DNA of 64,000 nt from Minisyncoccota bacterium (GCA_041651055.1 JBAZJW010000001.1:373325-437324), one strand, 5' to 3'; counted from the first letter of the stretch, positions 46,953-58,868 are shown. The notes: generated from the sequence alone by a model not told the origin. Numbers and translations: made by a program.

Positions 46953-48788
46953 TTATGACTCCTCTTCTATAAGTTTACGCAAAACTTCTTCGGCTATTTC
47001 TTTTTGCACACGCTTATTTTCTTCTACCACCGTTTCTTTCTTTGTATCATGCGTGCGATCTGTATTTTCTGTTATCTGTCGACTGTCAGCTGATGACTGT
47101 CTATTCTCTTCCATTGCTTTTGCTAGAGCTTCTTTGAGTGATAGCGCCGGCTTTTCATCAAAGGTTTTTGGATATTCTATGCGAGAACGTTCTTCAGGTA
47201 CACCTTTTGTTGGTTGGGTACGCACTTGCTCTTGTGGCACACGCCTCTCTTCCGTATGCTGACGAGGTCTATCTTCTTGATGGCCACCTCTTTGGCTATT
47301 TGCGTGTGAAGGAGTGTCTCTTCGTGGATCCTGACTTCTTTCTCCTTGTACGCTCCCTTTTCCATTATCTAATGGCCTACTTTCTGGTTGTCTTCGTGGT
47401 GCAGGTGCATCGTGTCGGATTTCGCGCACTTTCATATCTCGCTCATCTCGTGGTTTTCCTTCGTCTCTTTTTGTTTCAGCTTTTTCTATTGGTTTGTAGA
47501 AGGCATTAATTTCTTCTTCAACTTCAGCGATTGGTTTACCATAGCTTTTACGCGAATAGGCAATAACCTCATCACTAAATGAGCGTGCAGGCTTTTGTAT
47601 TGGACCAAGAGTGTGTGCTGAGAACGGCTTCGAGCCTTGCCCATCAATCATCAAGCGAAGATAAATTTGAAACGCGGAGAGGTTCACAATGTCGTCCAAA
47701 ATGAAATATGGCGCAAATTCTTTTTCAAAAATTTCTGCATCAGTCGCACCAACACGAAATACAATCATGGTACCTACGTTTCCAAAGACGGCCGCCTTTA
47801 CCTCGTCTGTCATTTGTTCGACATACTGATGTGCAACGGTGAGAGCAAGATTGTACTTACGCGCTTCCGAAAGAATGTTTGCAAAAGATTCATTGGCAAA
47901 GTTTTGGAATTCATCTACGTACACATAAAATGGTGGTAACTTTTCTAGTTCGTATGGACCGACATCGGCACGAGACATGGCTGCAAGGTATATTTTTGTA
48001 ATCAAGAGTGAACCGATCAAATTCGCATTTCCTTCTCCAACTTTTCCTTTAGAAAGGTTCACGATAATAATCTTTTTTGTATCCATCGCATCACGCAAAT
48101 CAATAGATGTTTTTTGTTGTCCGACAATATTTCTAATCAGTGGATTGCCGACGAATTGTCCAACTTTGTTCTGGATGGCAGGTGCAGCTTCTGCTGCGAA
48201 CTTCTCTGTATAGGACGCATATTCTTTTTCCCAAAAATCTTTCACCGTCGGATCTGTCACATTCGAAACAATAAACTTACGATACTCTTTATCTACCAAC
48301 ATTCTATTCACACCGAGCAGACTTTGATTATCATTTTCAAGAAGAGCGAGGATAATGTTCGTCAAAATATATTCCATACGCGCACTCCATGCATCAACCC
48401 AAATCTTTTTGAAAGCCGCCATGATACCGTTTGCCACCAAGTGACGCTTTTCTTTTTCTACTTTTTCAAGAACGTTCAATCCTATAGGACTATCGACATC
48501 AAACGGAGCAAAGTAGATAACATCTTTTACACGAGATTCTGGTATGTGGTCGAGCAACTTTTCAGCAAGTGATCCGTGTGGGTCAATAACACAAACACCT
48601 TCACCGTTGTTGATATCTTGAATAATGAGATTCTCGAGAAGGGTTGATTTTCCCATACCTGTCTTTCCAATGACATAAGTGTGGCGAGTGCGATCGTTTT
48701 CTTTGATGCCGAAAGTAAGCTGTTTATTTCTGTAATCAACCTTACCGATGTAGGTTACTTTTTCTTTATGCGGCTCTTGATCTGACAT
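46953..48788 (-). CDS. VirD4/TraG/TraD-like P-loop ATPase (TraM-recognition/TrwB family) with a ~170-aa disordered R/E/Q-rich C-tail
   Basis: Walker A VIGKTGMGKST, DEFQNF Walker B region, HQYVEQ motif. Tail from residue ~440 is low complexity. Confidence 0.55.
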   Translation of the reverse strand: MSDQEPHKEKVTYIGKVDYRNKQLTFGIKENDRTRHTYVIGKTGMGKSTLLENLIIQDINNGEGVCVIDPHGSLAEKLLDHIPESRVKDVIYFAPFDVDSPIGLNVLEKVEKEKRHLVANGIMAAFKKIWVDAWSARMEYILTNIILALLENDNQSLLGVNRMLVDKEYRKFIVSNVTDPTVKDFWEKEYASYTEKFAAEAAPAIQNKVGQFVGNPLIRNIVGQQKTSIDLRDAMDTKKIIIVNLSKGKVGEGNANLIGSLLITKIYLAAMSRADVGPYELEKLPPFYVYVDEFQNFANESFANILSEARKYNLALTVAHQYVEQMTDEVKAAVFGNVGTMIVFRVGATDAEIFEKEFAPYFILDDIVNLSAFQIYLRLMIDGQGSKPFSAHTLGPIQKPARSFSDEVIAYSRKSYGKPIAEVEEEINAFYKPIEKAETKRDEGKPRDERDMKVREIRHDAPAPRRQPESRPLDNGKGSVQGERSQDPRRDTPSHANSQRGGHQEDRPRQHTEERRVPQEQVRTQPTKGVPEERSRIEYPKTFDEKPALSLKEALAKAMEENRQSSADSRQITENTDRTHDTKKETVVEENKRVQKEIAEEVLRKLIEEES

Positions 48789-48875
48789 GAAAATAGTATA
48801 CCAAGAATAGGTTTTAGGTGATAGGTTTTAGGCTGTAGATAGGGGTAGGAATATTCAATGAAACAATATTCAACA

Positions 48876-50093
48876 CTAGTTAGTGTGCAGTGCTGCCGGA
48901 GTGTAATGATTTGCAGGATCCCATAGCATCCATGAATCTATTCCAAGCCTCTCCCCTGCTGTTATCTGTGCTCGAACCATTTCTGCTGTATAGGTCGCCC
49001 CCATATCAAAGTCCTGATACCATGGTCGATACTTCGCACGAATAGTCGATGTCGCCTGCCCTGTACTACTTGCCACTTCATCTGCTATCTCTATTCCTTT
49101 TTTCATTGAATACGAAATGATTGGCCCAGGATTTGCTGCAGGGTTTTGATATCCCGCAGTGCCTGCATAAAAATGTGAAGGATAAATCATCGGGGCGACG
49201 TAATCAAATGTTTCAAGTGCTGTATGCATATCTTGACCGAGCACAGCGATGTCTACCTTGGTCACCATGATGATGCCGAACAAGTCTCCGGACACAGGTA
49301 TGCCGTCTTTACGAAGTGAGTCAGTGATGTAGTGATAAAACTCAGACACGATGCCAGGCTTATCAACTTTTGCCCTCTCCCCACTAATTGGAAATGTCAT
49401 ATCTGAAAGCGCTCCATCTGTAGGGAAGCGGATATAATCCAGATTCACCTCATCGAATCCACGAGCGTAAGAATCTTTTGAAATATTTTCCAAGTATCTC
49501 CACATTTTTTTTGAACCAGTATCTACCCATGGAATACCCTTATGATCTTTCCATATATCCCCTGTCTTCTTGGAACGAACAGCTTCTTCTGGATATCTCT
49601 TTACATACAAAGGATCCTGGAATGCTGCGATGCGTGCAATAACATAAATATTTTTTGCATGAAGTTCATCTAAAAATGCATCAAGGTCACGTATTCTTCC
49701 ATCCCACGAAACAAGCCCTGTATTATCTTTGACGTCAATAACCACTGAGTTGATTTCAGTATCGTCGATAAGTTTTACAAGTTTTGTTCGCACAGAAGGT
49801 GAGCCCGCCACCCAGCTCGACATATATATTGCCTTCACATGCTCTGGAGTTTTGATATGCGTAACGACACGCACAGCTTCTGTGGTTGTAGGTGCCGACA
49901 CTGTTTCATCTTTTACATTTGTTTGTGCAAATGCTTTAGCCATTGAGGATGTAGATGTCGCCAGATCTCCTCCATGTTTACTATACGCAACAGTTCCTAA
50001 CCCCTTTGAAAAAGGAAGATACTGATAACCACTATCTAATATCCAGAAAAAGGCTAATAATCCCGCCACGAGTCCTGCTGTTACTATCTTCAT
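48876..50093 (-). CDS. putative glycoside hydrolase of the DUF4015/GH-like TIM-barrel family
   Basis: N-terminal signal anchor; GFDEVNLDYIRFP motif typical of DUF4015 proteins. Confidence 0.5.
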   Translation of the reverse strand: MKIVTAGLVAGLLAFFWILDSGYQYLPFSKGLGTVAYSKHGGDLATSTSSMAKAFAQTNVKDETVSAPTTTEAVRVVTHIKTPEHVKAIYMSSWVAGSPSVRTKLVKLIDDTEINSVVIDVKDNTGLVSWDGRIRDLDAFLDELHAKNIYVIARIAAFQDPLYVKRYPEEAVRSKKTGDIWKDHKGIPWVDTGSKKMWRYLENISKDSYARGFDEVNLDYIRFPTDGALSDMTFPISGERAKVDKPGIVSEFYHYITDSLRKDGIPVSGDLFGIIMVTKVDIAVLGQDMHTALETFDYVAPMIYPSHFYAGTAGYQNPAANPGPIISYSMKKGIEIADEVASSTGQATSTIRAKYRPWYQDFDMGATYTAEMVRAQITAGERLGIDSWMLWDPANHYTPAALHTN

Positions 50094-50311
50094 GCCGATA
50101 CCGTTGTGTGCATTACAGGAGTGCTTTCGGTTTCTTGGTGTTCTGGATGGTCTCCGTGATGAATAACTTTCTTACGTAAATCAAGAGTGCTAATGAAAAG
50201 AAGAACGCCTGCGACAATAAAAGCAACATCTTTGAAAAGTCCTGGTATAAAAATCCATGGAGAGAGAACAAGGAGGATGGCGACTGCGCGTTTGATTCCG
50301 AGAGGTGACAT
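50090..50311 (-). CDS. small membrane protein, 2 TM helices
   Basis: 73 aa. Its stop overlaps the start of the downstream GH-like gene. On the minus strand the sequence runs TATACT, 10 nt, then ATG. Confidence 0.4.
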   Translation of the reverse strand: MSPLGIKRAVAILLVLSPWIFIPGLFKDVAFIVAGVLLFISTLDLRKKVIHHGDHPEHQETESTPVMHTTVSA

Positions 50312-50334
50312 AGTGAGACCAGTATACCTTAACT

Positions 50335-50364
50335 AGTTTTTAGTTTCCAGTTTTTAGTTTTCAG
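50335..50364 (-). promoter_or_regulatory. A-rich AAAACT box, copy 6 (minus orientation)
   Basis: Reverse complement of the 27-mer, 5 nt upstream of TATACT, which lies 10 nt before ATG 50311. Confidence 0.5.
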
Positions 50365-50559
50365 AGAATGCGAAAAGCGAAATCGGCAGATTTCGCTTTT
50401 AGTTTCCGCATTTCCTAACGAAGAACGACCAACGATTAACGAGTAACGAGAGCCTTCTATAATAGTCAGGAATATTCAATAACTTAATATCTAATATTCA
50501 AATCAAATGCATTGCATTTCTTTGAATATTGGTTATTAAAACATTGAATATTGTTGTTA

Positions 50560-51243
50560 TTATTTTCCAGAAATAATAACAACAAACTCCCCTCGTATAT
50601 GATCCTTGTTGGCCTCGAAGTAAGCTTTCACTTCTTTCGCGCTGCCGCGGACCACTTCCTCATGCATCTTGGTCAATTCTCGTGCAATAACAATGAGACG
50701 AGTGTCCTCGAGAATGGTTGCGAGCGATTCCAAATTCTTTTCGATGCGATGCACAGACTCATAGTACACAGAGGCCATGTCGCTTTCGGCAATTGTCTTG
50801 AAAAGTGTTTCTCTCCCCTTCTTATGTGGAAAGAATCCGTAGAATGTAAATGTGGCCGACGAAATACCAGAAGCAGATAGTGCGGTCGTAAGTGCTGCCG
50901 CACCAGGAAGTGCCACCACGGTCACGTCCGGTAATTCTTTTCGCACTCTATCGACGAGCAATACTCCAGGATCGGAAATGGTCGGAGTACCTGCATCTGA
51001 TACGAGAGCTATCTGCTTTCCTTCTTCGAGCAACTGCAATGTCTTCTCAATATTTTTGATCCCTGTGTTGGCATAAAAAATACTTGTCTTGGTCGTGATG
51101 TCGTATTCTTTGAAAAGTCGCTGCGTGACAGATGTATCCTCACACAATACTAAATCTACTTCTTTCAAAATACGAATAGCACGAAGTGTCATATCTTCGA
51201 GATTTCCAATTGGTGTCGGTACGACGTAGAGGGTTCCGTTCAT
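50560..51243 (-). CDS. rsmI: 16S rRNA (cytidine1402-2'-O)-methyltransferase RsmI
   Basis: LYVVPTPIGNLEDMTLRAIRILKEVDLVLCEDT, the tetrapyrrole-methylase-fold RsmI signature. Confidence 0.85.
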   Translation of the reverse strand: MNGTLYVVPTPIGNLEDMTLRAIRILKEVDLVLCEDTSVTQRLFKEYDITTKTSIFYANTGIKNIEKTLQLLEEGKQIALVSDAGTPTISDPGVLLVDRVRKELPDVTVVALPGAAALTTALSASGISSATFTFYGFFPHKKGRETLFKTIAESDMASVYYESVHRIEKNLESLATILEDTRLIVIARELTKMHEEVVRGSAKEVKAYFEANKDHIRGEFVVIISGK

Positions 51244-51334
51244 ATAAACCTGATACTACCACAAAAAAGAAAAACCGCGACAGCAAAAGCTGCGCGGCGG
51301 TAAAGGCGGTAAAAACCGCGAATGTCCTGGTCGA

Positions 51335-51625
51335 TTATTCGAACGAGTCGAACTGGTCGAGTGGGAACCAAAACACATGTTCCGGATGAAGGAATGGCAA
51401 AATGCCGAAATTCACAACGATGGCGTCCTGCAGTGTGCAAACCCCACAGACGACCAACCCTTCACGAAGAGGCAGCAGGGTTTTCCCGTTCGCCTCAACG
51501 ATCACAGAAGATACTGTGTGTGCCTTGAAAAAGACAACAGGTCTTCGCATTTCCGGTAAACGAAGAACATCGCCGACTTGAACACCTTGTTGGGTGGTGC
51601 TCGCCCCACTTCTCGATAGTTCCAT
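51335..51625 (-). CDS. hypothetical protein, GC-rich
   Basis: 96-aa ORF at ~50% GC. No family recognised. Confidence 0.35.
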   Translation of the reverse strand: MELSRSGASTTQQGVQVGDVLRLPEMRRPVVFFKAHTVSSVIVEANGKTLLPLREGLVVCGVCTLQDAIVVNFGILPFLHPEHVFWFPLDQFDSFE

Positions 51626-51752
51626 GATGGACTCTCCTTTTCTGGCGCCATTGTACTAGTGAATAAAGCCTAGGTCAATTATATGGTGTTTGAATATAAA
51701 AAAGCCGCCAGGATTCTGGCAGCAGAAAAGGATCACCTTCTAAGAGACATCT

Positions 51753-52163
51753 TCATCTCGCCGCACGGCATTTACCCCGGCGAGGAGAGATACGGTGACC
51801 GTATCTATTCATGACATGTTCCGGCAGGATAAGTCCTTGCCTGTTCCACTCACAAACAACGAGCCATTTTTTTATCCCTCTTTCTGTTATCACAGAGAGG
51901 AGAGAATACCGGAGCCCATTCGGCCCATACAAAAAAGTCAGGCCTTGCTTCGGTACCTGGAGGTTGACCTGCCTTCCCGTTCCCGCATAAGAGCAGTGAA
52001 CCGGAAACAAGTCTTCTTTGTCGGCGCAACGAGCGATCGTCACAATCTTCGGCCCTTCGCAAAGCTTTGCAGTTGCAAAGGCTTCAAACAAGATAATTTT
52101 AAAGGTCCCGTTTTCGGACATGCCGTGTATTGATGGCACATGTTTCAGTTCATCCATACCCAT
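51753..52163 (-). CDS. hypothetical protein, GC-rich
   Basis: 136-aa ORF at ~50% GC. No family recognised. Confidence 0.35.
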   Translation of the reverse strand: MGMDELKHVPSIHGMSENGTFKIILFEAFATAKLCEGPKIVTIARCADKEDLFPVHCSYAGTGRQVNLQVPKQGLTFLYGPNGLRYSLLSVITERGIKKWLVVCEWNRQGLILPEHVMNRYGHRISPRRGKCRAAR

Positions 52164-52330
52164 TTTTTACTCCTTTTCTTCTGGAAAACAAAATTCGCAC
52201 TAGAAGTATTTCAGGTGCGACACTTTCTAATAATAACACGAAAAGACACTTTTTGCAAGCCCTCTCTTTTTGTCCAGATCTTGCCTAGATTTCATAGTTT
52301 TTTCTTACATAGGGCCACCCTATGTAAGAA

Positions 52331-53356
52331 CTACCCGATAAAGTTCACTTCCCTTTCCAGATGAATATCCGTTGCTTCGGAAACTTTTTCGGTAATTAAT
52401 GTAGCAAAAGCGTCAAGTTCCTCATACGTCGCATCGCCATAATTTACGATTACAAGCGGCTGTGCTGGCCATGTGCCGACATTTCCCACTGTCACCCCTT
52501 TCATCTGTGTCACGTGCTCTATAAGCCATGCTGAGGGCACCTTGTATCCGCCCTCTACATCGTGAATAGGCATATCACACCACTTCGCACGCATAGCATA
52601 TGCTTGAGACCTCGTTACAATAGGATTCTTAAAAAATGACCCCGCATTCGGATAGGTTTTGTAATCTGGAAGCTTCTCGGCACGTGTACGGAGAACAAGA
52701 TCTCGCACGTCGTTCGGTGTCAGGTCTTGTTTTAAAGTAAGTGTATCGAGTGGCTTGTAGGTAAGTTTTGGATTCTTGGTTTTGGAAAGTTTCATCGTTG
52801 CCTCTGTGATGATGTATCTCCCTTTTTCACGCTTGAATAGTGAATCGCGATATCCGAACTGACACGCATCATTTGAAAAAGAAACGAATTCCATGGTTGT
52901 GATGTCATATGCGCGGAGTGATACGAATACATCTTTAAGCTCCACTCCATACGCGCCGATATTTTGTACAGGAGAAGCACCGACTGTCCCTGGTACACCA
53001 GAAAGATTTTCTATTCCCCACAAATTAGCATCTACGGAAAACTTCACCACATCATCCCACTTCTCCCCTGCTCCGACAGTGAGAAGCACCTCGTCGGCTT
53101 CTGTTTTTTCTGTTGACTGCTGATTGCTGACTGTTGACTGTTTTTTAATTTCCATTTTTACAATCAACAGGTCCGGAAGTATATTTTTAAAAACAGTGTT
53201 CGTTCCTTCACCGAGAACATGAACGCGTAGATTGTTGGCCTTCGCATAATCACACGCTTCACCGAGAGAAACCTCCGAGGTCACGGTCACCATATCTGCC
53301 TCTCCACCAATGTGAAGCGATGTGTAATCTTTAAGAGAGACGTGCTGTATATTCAT
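52331..53356 (-). CDS. murB: UDP-N-acetylenolpyruvoylglucosamine reductase
   Basis: LKDYTSLHIGGEADMVT...VLGEGTNTVF FAD-binding PCMH N-terminus; C-terminal MurB domain. About 20 aa Q/S/T-rich insertion. Confidence 0.8.
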   Translation of the reverse strand: MNIQHVSLKDYTSLHIGGEADMVTVTSEVSLGEACDYAKANNLRVHVLGEGTNTVFKNILPDLLIVKMEIKKQSTVSNQQSTEKTEADEVLLTVGAGEKWDDVVKFSVDANLWGIENLSGVPGTVGASPVQNIGAYGVELKDVFVSLRAYDITTMEFVSFSNDACQFGYRDSLFKREKGRYIITEATMKLSKTKNPKLTYKPLDTLTLKQDLTPNDVRDLVLRTRAEKLPDYKTYPNAGSFFKNPIVTRSQAYAMRAKWCDMPIHDVEGGYKVPSAWLIEHVTQMKGVTVGNVGTWPAQPLVIVNYGDATYEELDAFATLITEKVSEATDIHLEREVNFIG

Positions 53357-53376
53357 ATCTCCATGATATCAAAACA

Positions 53377-53404
53377 AATACACTTCGTATACGAAGTGTA
53401 TTTG
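53377..53404. promoter_or_regulatory. 28-bp perfect palindrome 21 nt upstream of the murB start
   Basis: AAATACACTTCGTATACGAAGTGTATTT. Confidence 0.5.
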
Positions 53405-53607
53405 TTGGTGGTGCGCGGTCCTGGATTCTCCGACAAGTTTCGTCTCGTCGCCACTCAACGAACTCGCCGGCCGCCGCTCGTGGTTTTTCTTGCTAGAAAA
53501 ACATCACTGCGCCCTTTCGAATCCAGACGAAACATGTGCAGACATGTTTCTGACCGCGCACTAAAAAGAAAAACCCCTCCTCTGTCGAGGGGGATTTTTC
53601 TTTTTAG

Positions 53608-53680
53608 TGCGCGGTCCTGGATTCGAACCAGGGACCGCTCGAGTATCAGTCGAGTGCTCTACCAGCTGAGCTAACCGCGC
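53608..53680 (-). tRNA. tRNA-Ile (anticodon GAT)
   Basis: Reverse complement GCGCGGTTAGCTCAGCTGGTAGAGCACTCGACTGATACTCGAGCGGTCCCTGGTTCGAATCCAGGACCGCGCA; anticodon loop CTGATAC. A terminator hairpin (CCCCTC..GAGGGGG plus T-run) follows at 53560-53607. Confidence 0.85.
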
Positions 53681-53874
53681 TTTTTTATATTACTACCTAC
53701 CGACTTTGTGCACGTTTTAACAATCTACCACCTGTGTCAAAAGTTTGCTAACTTTTGACATCTTCGCGGCCGAGCCATCTCGAGCTAACCGCGCATATTT
53801 TATTTAACTACCCACACACTTCATACACGTTTGAACAATCTACCAGCTTGCGTCTTGTTCTTGCTGAACCAAGA

Positions 53875-53958
53875 CATCTTCGCGCAATTACACGTCTCGT
53901 GTCCTTCGTCTGGTGACTACGGACATCTTCGGTGCTCTTCGCACCTCGAGCTAACCGC
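53875..53958. repeat. 84-bp exact repeat, copy 2 (partner at 23119-23202)
   Basis: Identical sequence, in the same relative position upstream of a minus-strand tRNA. Confidence 0.95.
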
Positions 53959-54107
53959 ACTCTCCCAGATAAAACATAACTTTCAACGCACGTGTCACAA
54001 AATACTACCATAAAAATGACGAAGTAGAAAGCCCTTGGGCACGACTTGATTAATATGATATTTTGTTGTAGAAATAGACCACAGTTCATTCAACTAAGGA
54101 GACCACT

Positions 54108-54524
54108 ATGGCAACGGGATTCCAAAAATCAACGACCAAAACAAAGAGGGCTGCAACCGCAATAACACAGCAAAGCAATCAAACAATGGAGCACCACATT
54201 TGGTGCATACATACGGAGGACGATATAACCCAAAACGAAATCACTGTCTATTTCTCAAACAAAGGAGAGTCCGGCTTTAGCAAGACAAGAATTTTCTACA
54301 ACTGCAAAGAGCTTCATGTGTTCATGGTTTCATTTGCATTTGTCATGCACTTAAACAAAAATGAAGCTCAGAGGCCATACAAATTCACAGCCTATCATAA
54401 AGAAAGCAAAGGGAGACCTTGGGCGTTATGGAAAGGCGGAGAGAAGACAGTGCCGAAACAACTCAGAAAGGTTACACACCTCATCTTCGGCAAAGGTTCT
54501 CCTCTCAAAACAAAAAATGGATAG
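54108..54524 (+). CDS. hypothetical protein
   Basis: 138 aa. Strong SD CTAAGGAGACCACT-ATG. Sits between the 16S and tRNA-Ile genes on the opposite strand. Confidence 0.45.
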   Translation: MATGFQKSTTKTKRAATAITQQSNQTMEHHIWCIHTEDDITQNEITVYFSNKGESGFSKTRIFYNCKELHVFMVSFAFVMHLNKNEAQRPYKFTAYHKESKGRPWALWKGGEKTVPKQLRKVTHLIFGKGSPLKTKNG

Positions 54525-54799
54525 GCAAGAACGGAGAAAGCCGGATCGCAATGACGCGTCCGGCTTTTATATTAGTTTACACTAATACATATCGCAAGTA
54601 TTCAAACTATGAGGGTTCATAATTAAGATACTTCTGATATCTATTAAGGAAAACATCTTTCTACACAAAGACAAGGGTAGGCCACGTTTTTTGTAGTGAT
54701 TGTTTTATACATTACTAACATTGTGCTTTCTATTGATCTTTCTTTTGTCACACTCTAGCGCTTGCGCGACTTTTGTTACATTTCGTAGTAACACGAACT

Positions 54800-56633
<1,834 letters not shown>

Positions 56634-56944
56634 ATTTAATAGAGTGTGACAAAAGAAAAAACAAAAAAATGCACAATGTTTATGTAATGTATTGTGAAGC
56701 GTCACTTCAGTTCTTTTTTATGTTTAGAATTTCTAAAACAAAAAAGGAGCTGAACAGCTTCTATTAAAATTTCAAATGACTACAATTACTGCTCACTGCT
56801 TATGAGTAAGAAGTAGGACTATTCTATACTGTGCAGCACGTAAAGTCAAGCTTCTAATCAACAACACAAGCCATAACAGACAAACTTTTACAATATCCAC
56901 AGATATGCTTGCCATTTAAGGCTATTTTGATTAAACTCGTAGCA

Positions 56945-57622
56945 ATGAATCCCCATCCGATTCCTATCATAGCTATCGATGGGACAACTGCCTCTGGGAA
57001 AGGAACCATCGCTTACAAGCTTGCTCAACATTTTGGATTCAATTACTTAAATTCAGGAGCACTCTACAGACTCGTTGCATATGAAGCAATGACACAAGGA
57101 GTGGCACTTGATGATAAAGAAGGTCTTATTGAAATAGCAAAACATATCGACCCACATTTTCATAACAAAGAAGTTATTATTAATGGTGACGATGTGTGGC
57201 CAATCATAGGAACACAAACCTATGGAAACCCTGCGAGCATTGTGAGTCGTATCCCTGAAGTCAGAGATGCTATTTTCGGTAGGCAGCGCGACATGATACA
57301 GCCCCCAGGTCTTGTGGCTGAAGGACGAGATATGTGCACAAACGTATTTCAAGATGCTGGTATAAAAATTTACTTCGATGCAGATGCAAAAATTCGCGCA
57401 GAAAGACGATATAAAGACGAACAGGAAAGTAAAAGCGGAAAAACCTTTGAACAAATACTTGAAGAAGTGCACTCGCGAGACGAACGAGACAAAAACAAAC
57501 CTGTTGGAAGGCTATACCCTGACCCAGAAGCTCTTATTCTCGACTCTACACGCATGACACGAGAAGAAGTACTGGAAGCATGTATCGGGTGGTGTGAAGA
57601 GAAAGGTTTGGTTAAGTCTTAA
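56945..57622 (+). CDS. cmk: cytidylate kinase
   Basis: IIAIDGTTASGKGTIAYKLAQHFGFNYLNSGALYR P-loop plus CMP-binding signature. The ORF track starts at TTG 56909. Confidence 0.85.
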   Translation: MNPHPIPIIAIDGTTASGKGTIAYKLAQHFGFNYLNSGALYRLVAYEAMTQGVALDDKEGLIEIAKHIDPHFHNKEVIINGDDVWPIIGTQTYGNPASIVSRIPEVRDAIFGRQRDMIQPPGLVAEGRDMCTNVFQDAGIKIYFDADAKIRAERRYKDEQESKSGKTFEQILEEVHSRDERDKNKPVGRLYPDPEALILDSTRMTREEVLEACIGWCEEKGLVKS

Positions 57623-57680
57623 AAATAAAAACACAAAGAGCGGCCACGAAGTGGCCGCTCTTTGTGTTTTTACCTATAAA

Positions 57681-58136
57681 TTATTTACCTTTTGTTTGAT
57701 AAAAACGCACACTCATAATCATGAGTACACTGAGAAACCCGAATAGTACAAACGACATGAACGGGAAGGTTACGAAGCCATATTCAACGAACGATGGCTT
57801 GGCACAATCAACAGCAAACGGTGCCGTAGAGCATGGTTTGTAAATGTTGTAGCCCAATTGAAGTATGTGGTGATACCCTGCCAAAACAAGTCCTAAAACC
57901 GAAAGCAAAAGCGTATACGGAATAACAGCTCTATCCTTTCGCAACCATGCATAGCCAAACAAGAACATTTGAGGGTACAAGAATATTCTTTGATACCAGC
58001 ACAGTTCACACGGAGCGTAATGAAATACTTCAGAGTATACAAGAGAAAGAACAACACCGAGTAGCGATAATGCGAAACCAAGAGGAAGAATGTTTTTTGC
58101 GACGCATGAGAAATAGTTGTTTTCTTTTTTGTTCAT
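57681..58136 (-). CDS. dsbB: disulfide bond formation protein B (DsbB/BdbC family)
   Basis: TM1 followed by PCELCWYQRIFLYP (redox-active CxxC). The ORF track extends to 58316, but a start at MNKKENNYF fits BdbC topology. Confidence 0.55.
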   Translation of the reverse strand: MNKKENNYFSCVAKNILPLGFALSLLGVVLSLVYSEVFHYAPCELCWYQRIFLYPQMFLFGYAWLRKDRAVIPYTLLLSVLGLVLAGYHHILQLGYNIYKPCSTAPFAVDCAKPSFVEYGFVTFPFMSFVLFGFLSVLMIMSVRFYQTKGK

Positions 58137-58340
58137 AATCGCGTAGATAACAAACAAAAATAAACCTGCGACAAATACAGCCCCGGCAACTGTAACACCC
58201 GATAGAAAATGAGTAGCAGCCAAATCAAACGCGGTATGTTCTTGCATATGGGGTAAGTATATAGCAAACAGCGGGAAGCTGGAAGCCAAAAGATAGAGGC
58301 TGAAAACTTGGAACACAAAAACACACTGAAAGATTATGTA

Positions 58341-58868
58341 CTAAACAGCAAGAGATTCTTTTATGAATGTAATTTCTGGAGCAATGTGTTTACCGAGAAG
58401 AAGCACTTCTGCCACAAATTTATCACCAGATAACATTTTCTCAAAAAGAATTTTATCTGCGGGCATCATTTCTTCATATGGCATATCCTGTGGTGCGAAA
58501 AATAGAGGAGGACCCATTTCCCTTCCCTCCACCATATCGCCAGACCATGTATGTAAGAAGAAAAAAGATACTGTCATAAAAGGAGAGGTCGTTTCTTCTT
58601 TTTGTATATAAAAGTATGCACGAAATGCAAGATCCAAATCTTCTTTCTTTGCATTCACTCCGGACTCATCGTGCAACTCACGGATAGCAGTGTCAAAAAT
58701 ATCTCCGTCGATATCTTCCTTCTTCCCTCCATAGCCGTTGTAAAGTCCGAGACTGTATTCTATTTCTCCACTTTCGTGATGTATGGCCTGCTTTTTACGA
58801 GCCAGACACACCTGCCCAGACTCGTTTACGAGAAGCACGACGGTAGCTTCTGTTTTTGGGCGTTCCAT
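58341..58868 (-). CDS. NUDIX-like hydrolase
   Basis: GGKKEDIDGDIFDTAIRELHDESGV, a degenerate Nudix box. Confidence 0.55.
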   Translation of the reverse strand: MERPKTEATVVLLVNESGQVCLARKKQAIHHESGEIEYSLGLYNGYGGKKEDIDGDIFDTAIRELHDESGVNAKKEDLDLAFRAYFYIQKEETTSPFMTVSFFFLHTWSGDMVEGREMGPPLFFAPQDMPYEEMMPADKILFEKMLSGDKFVAEVLLLGKHIAPEITFIKESLAV

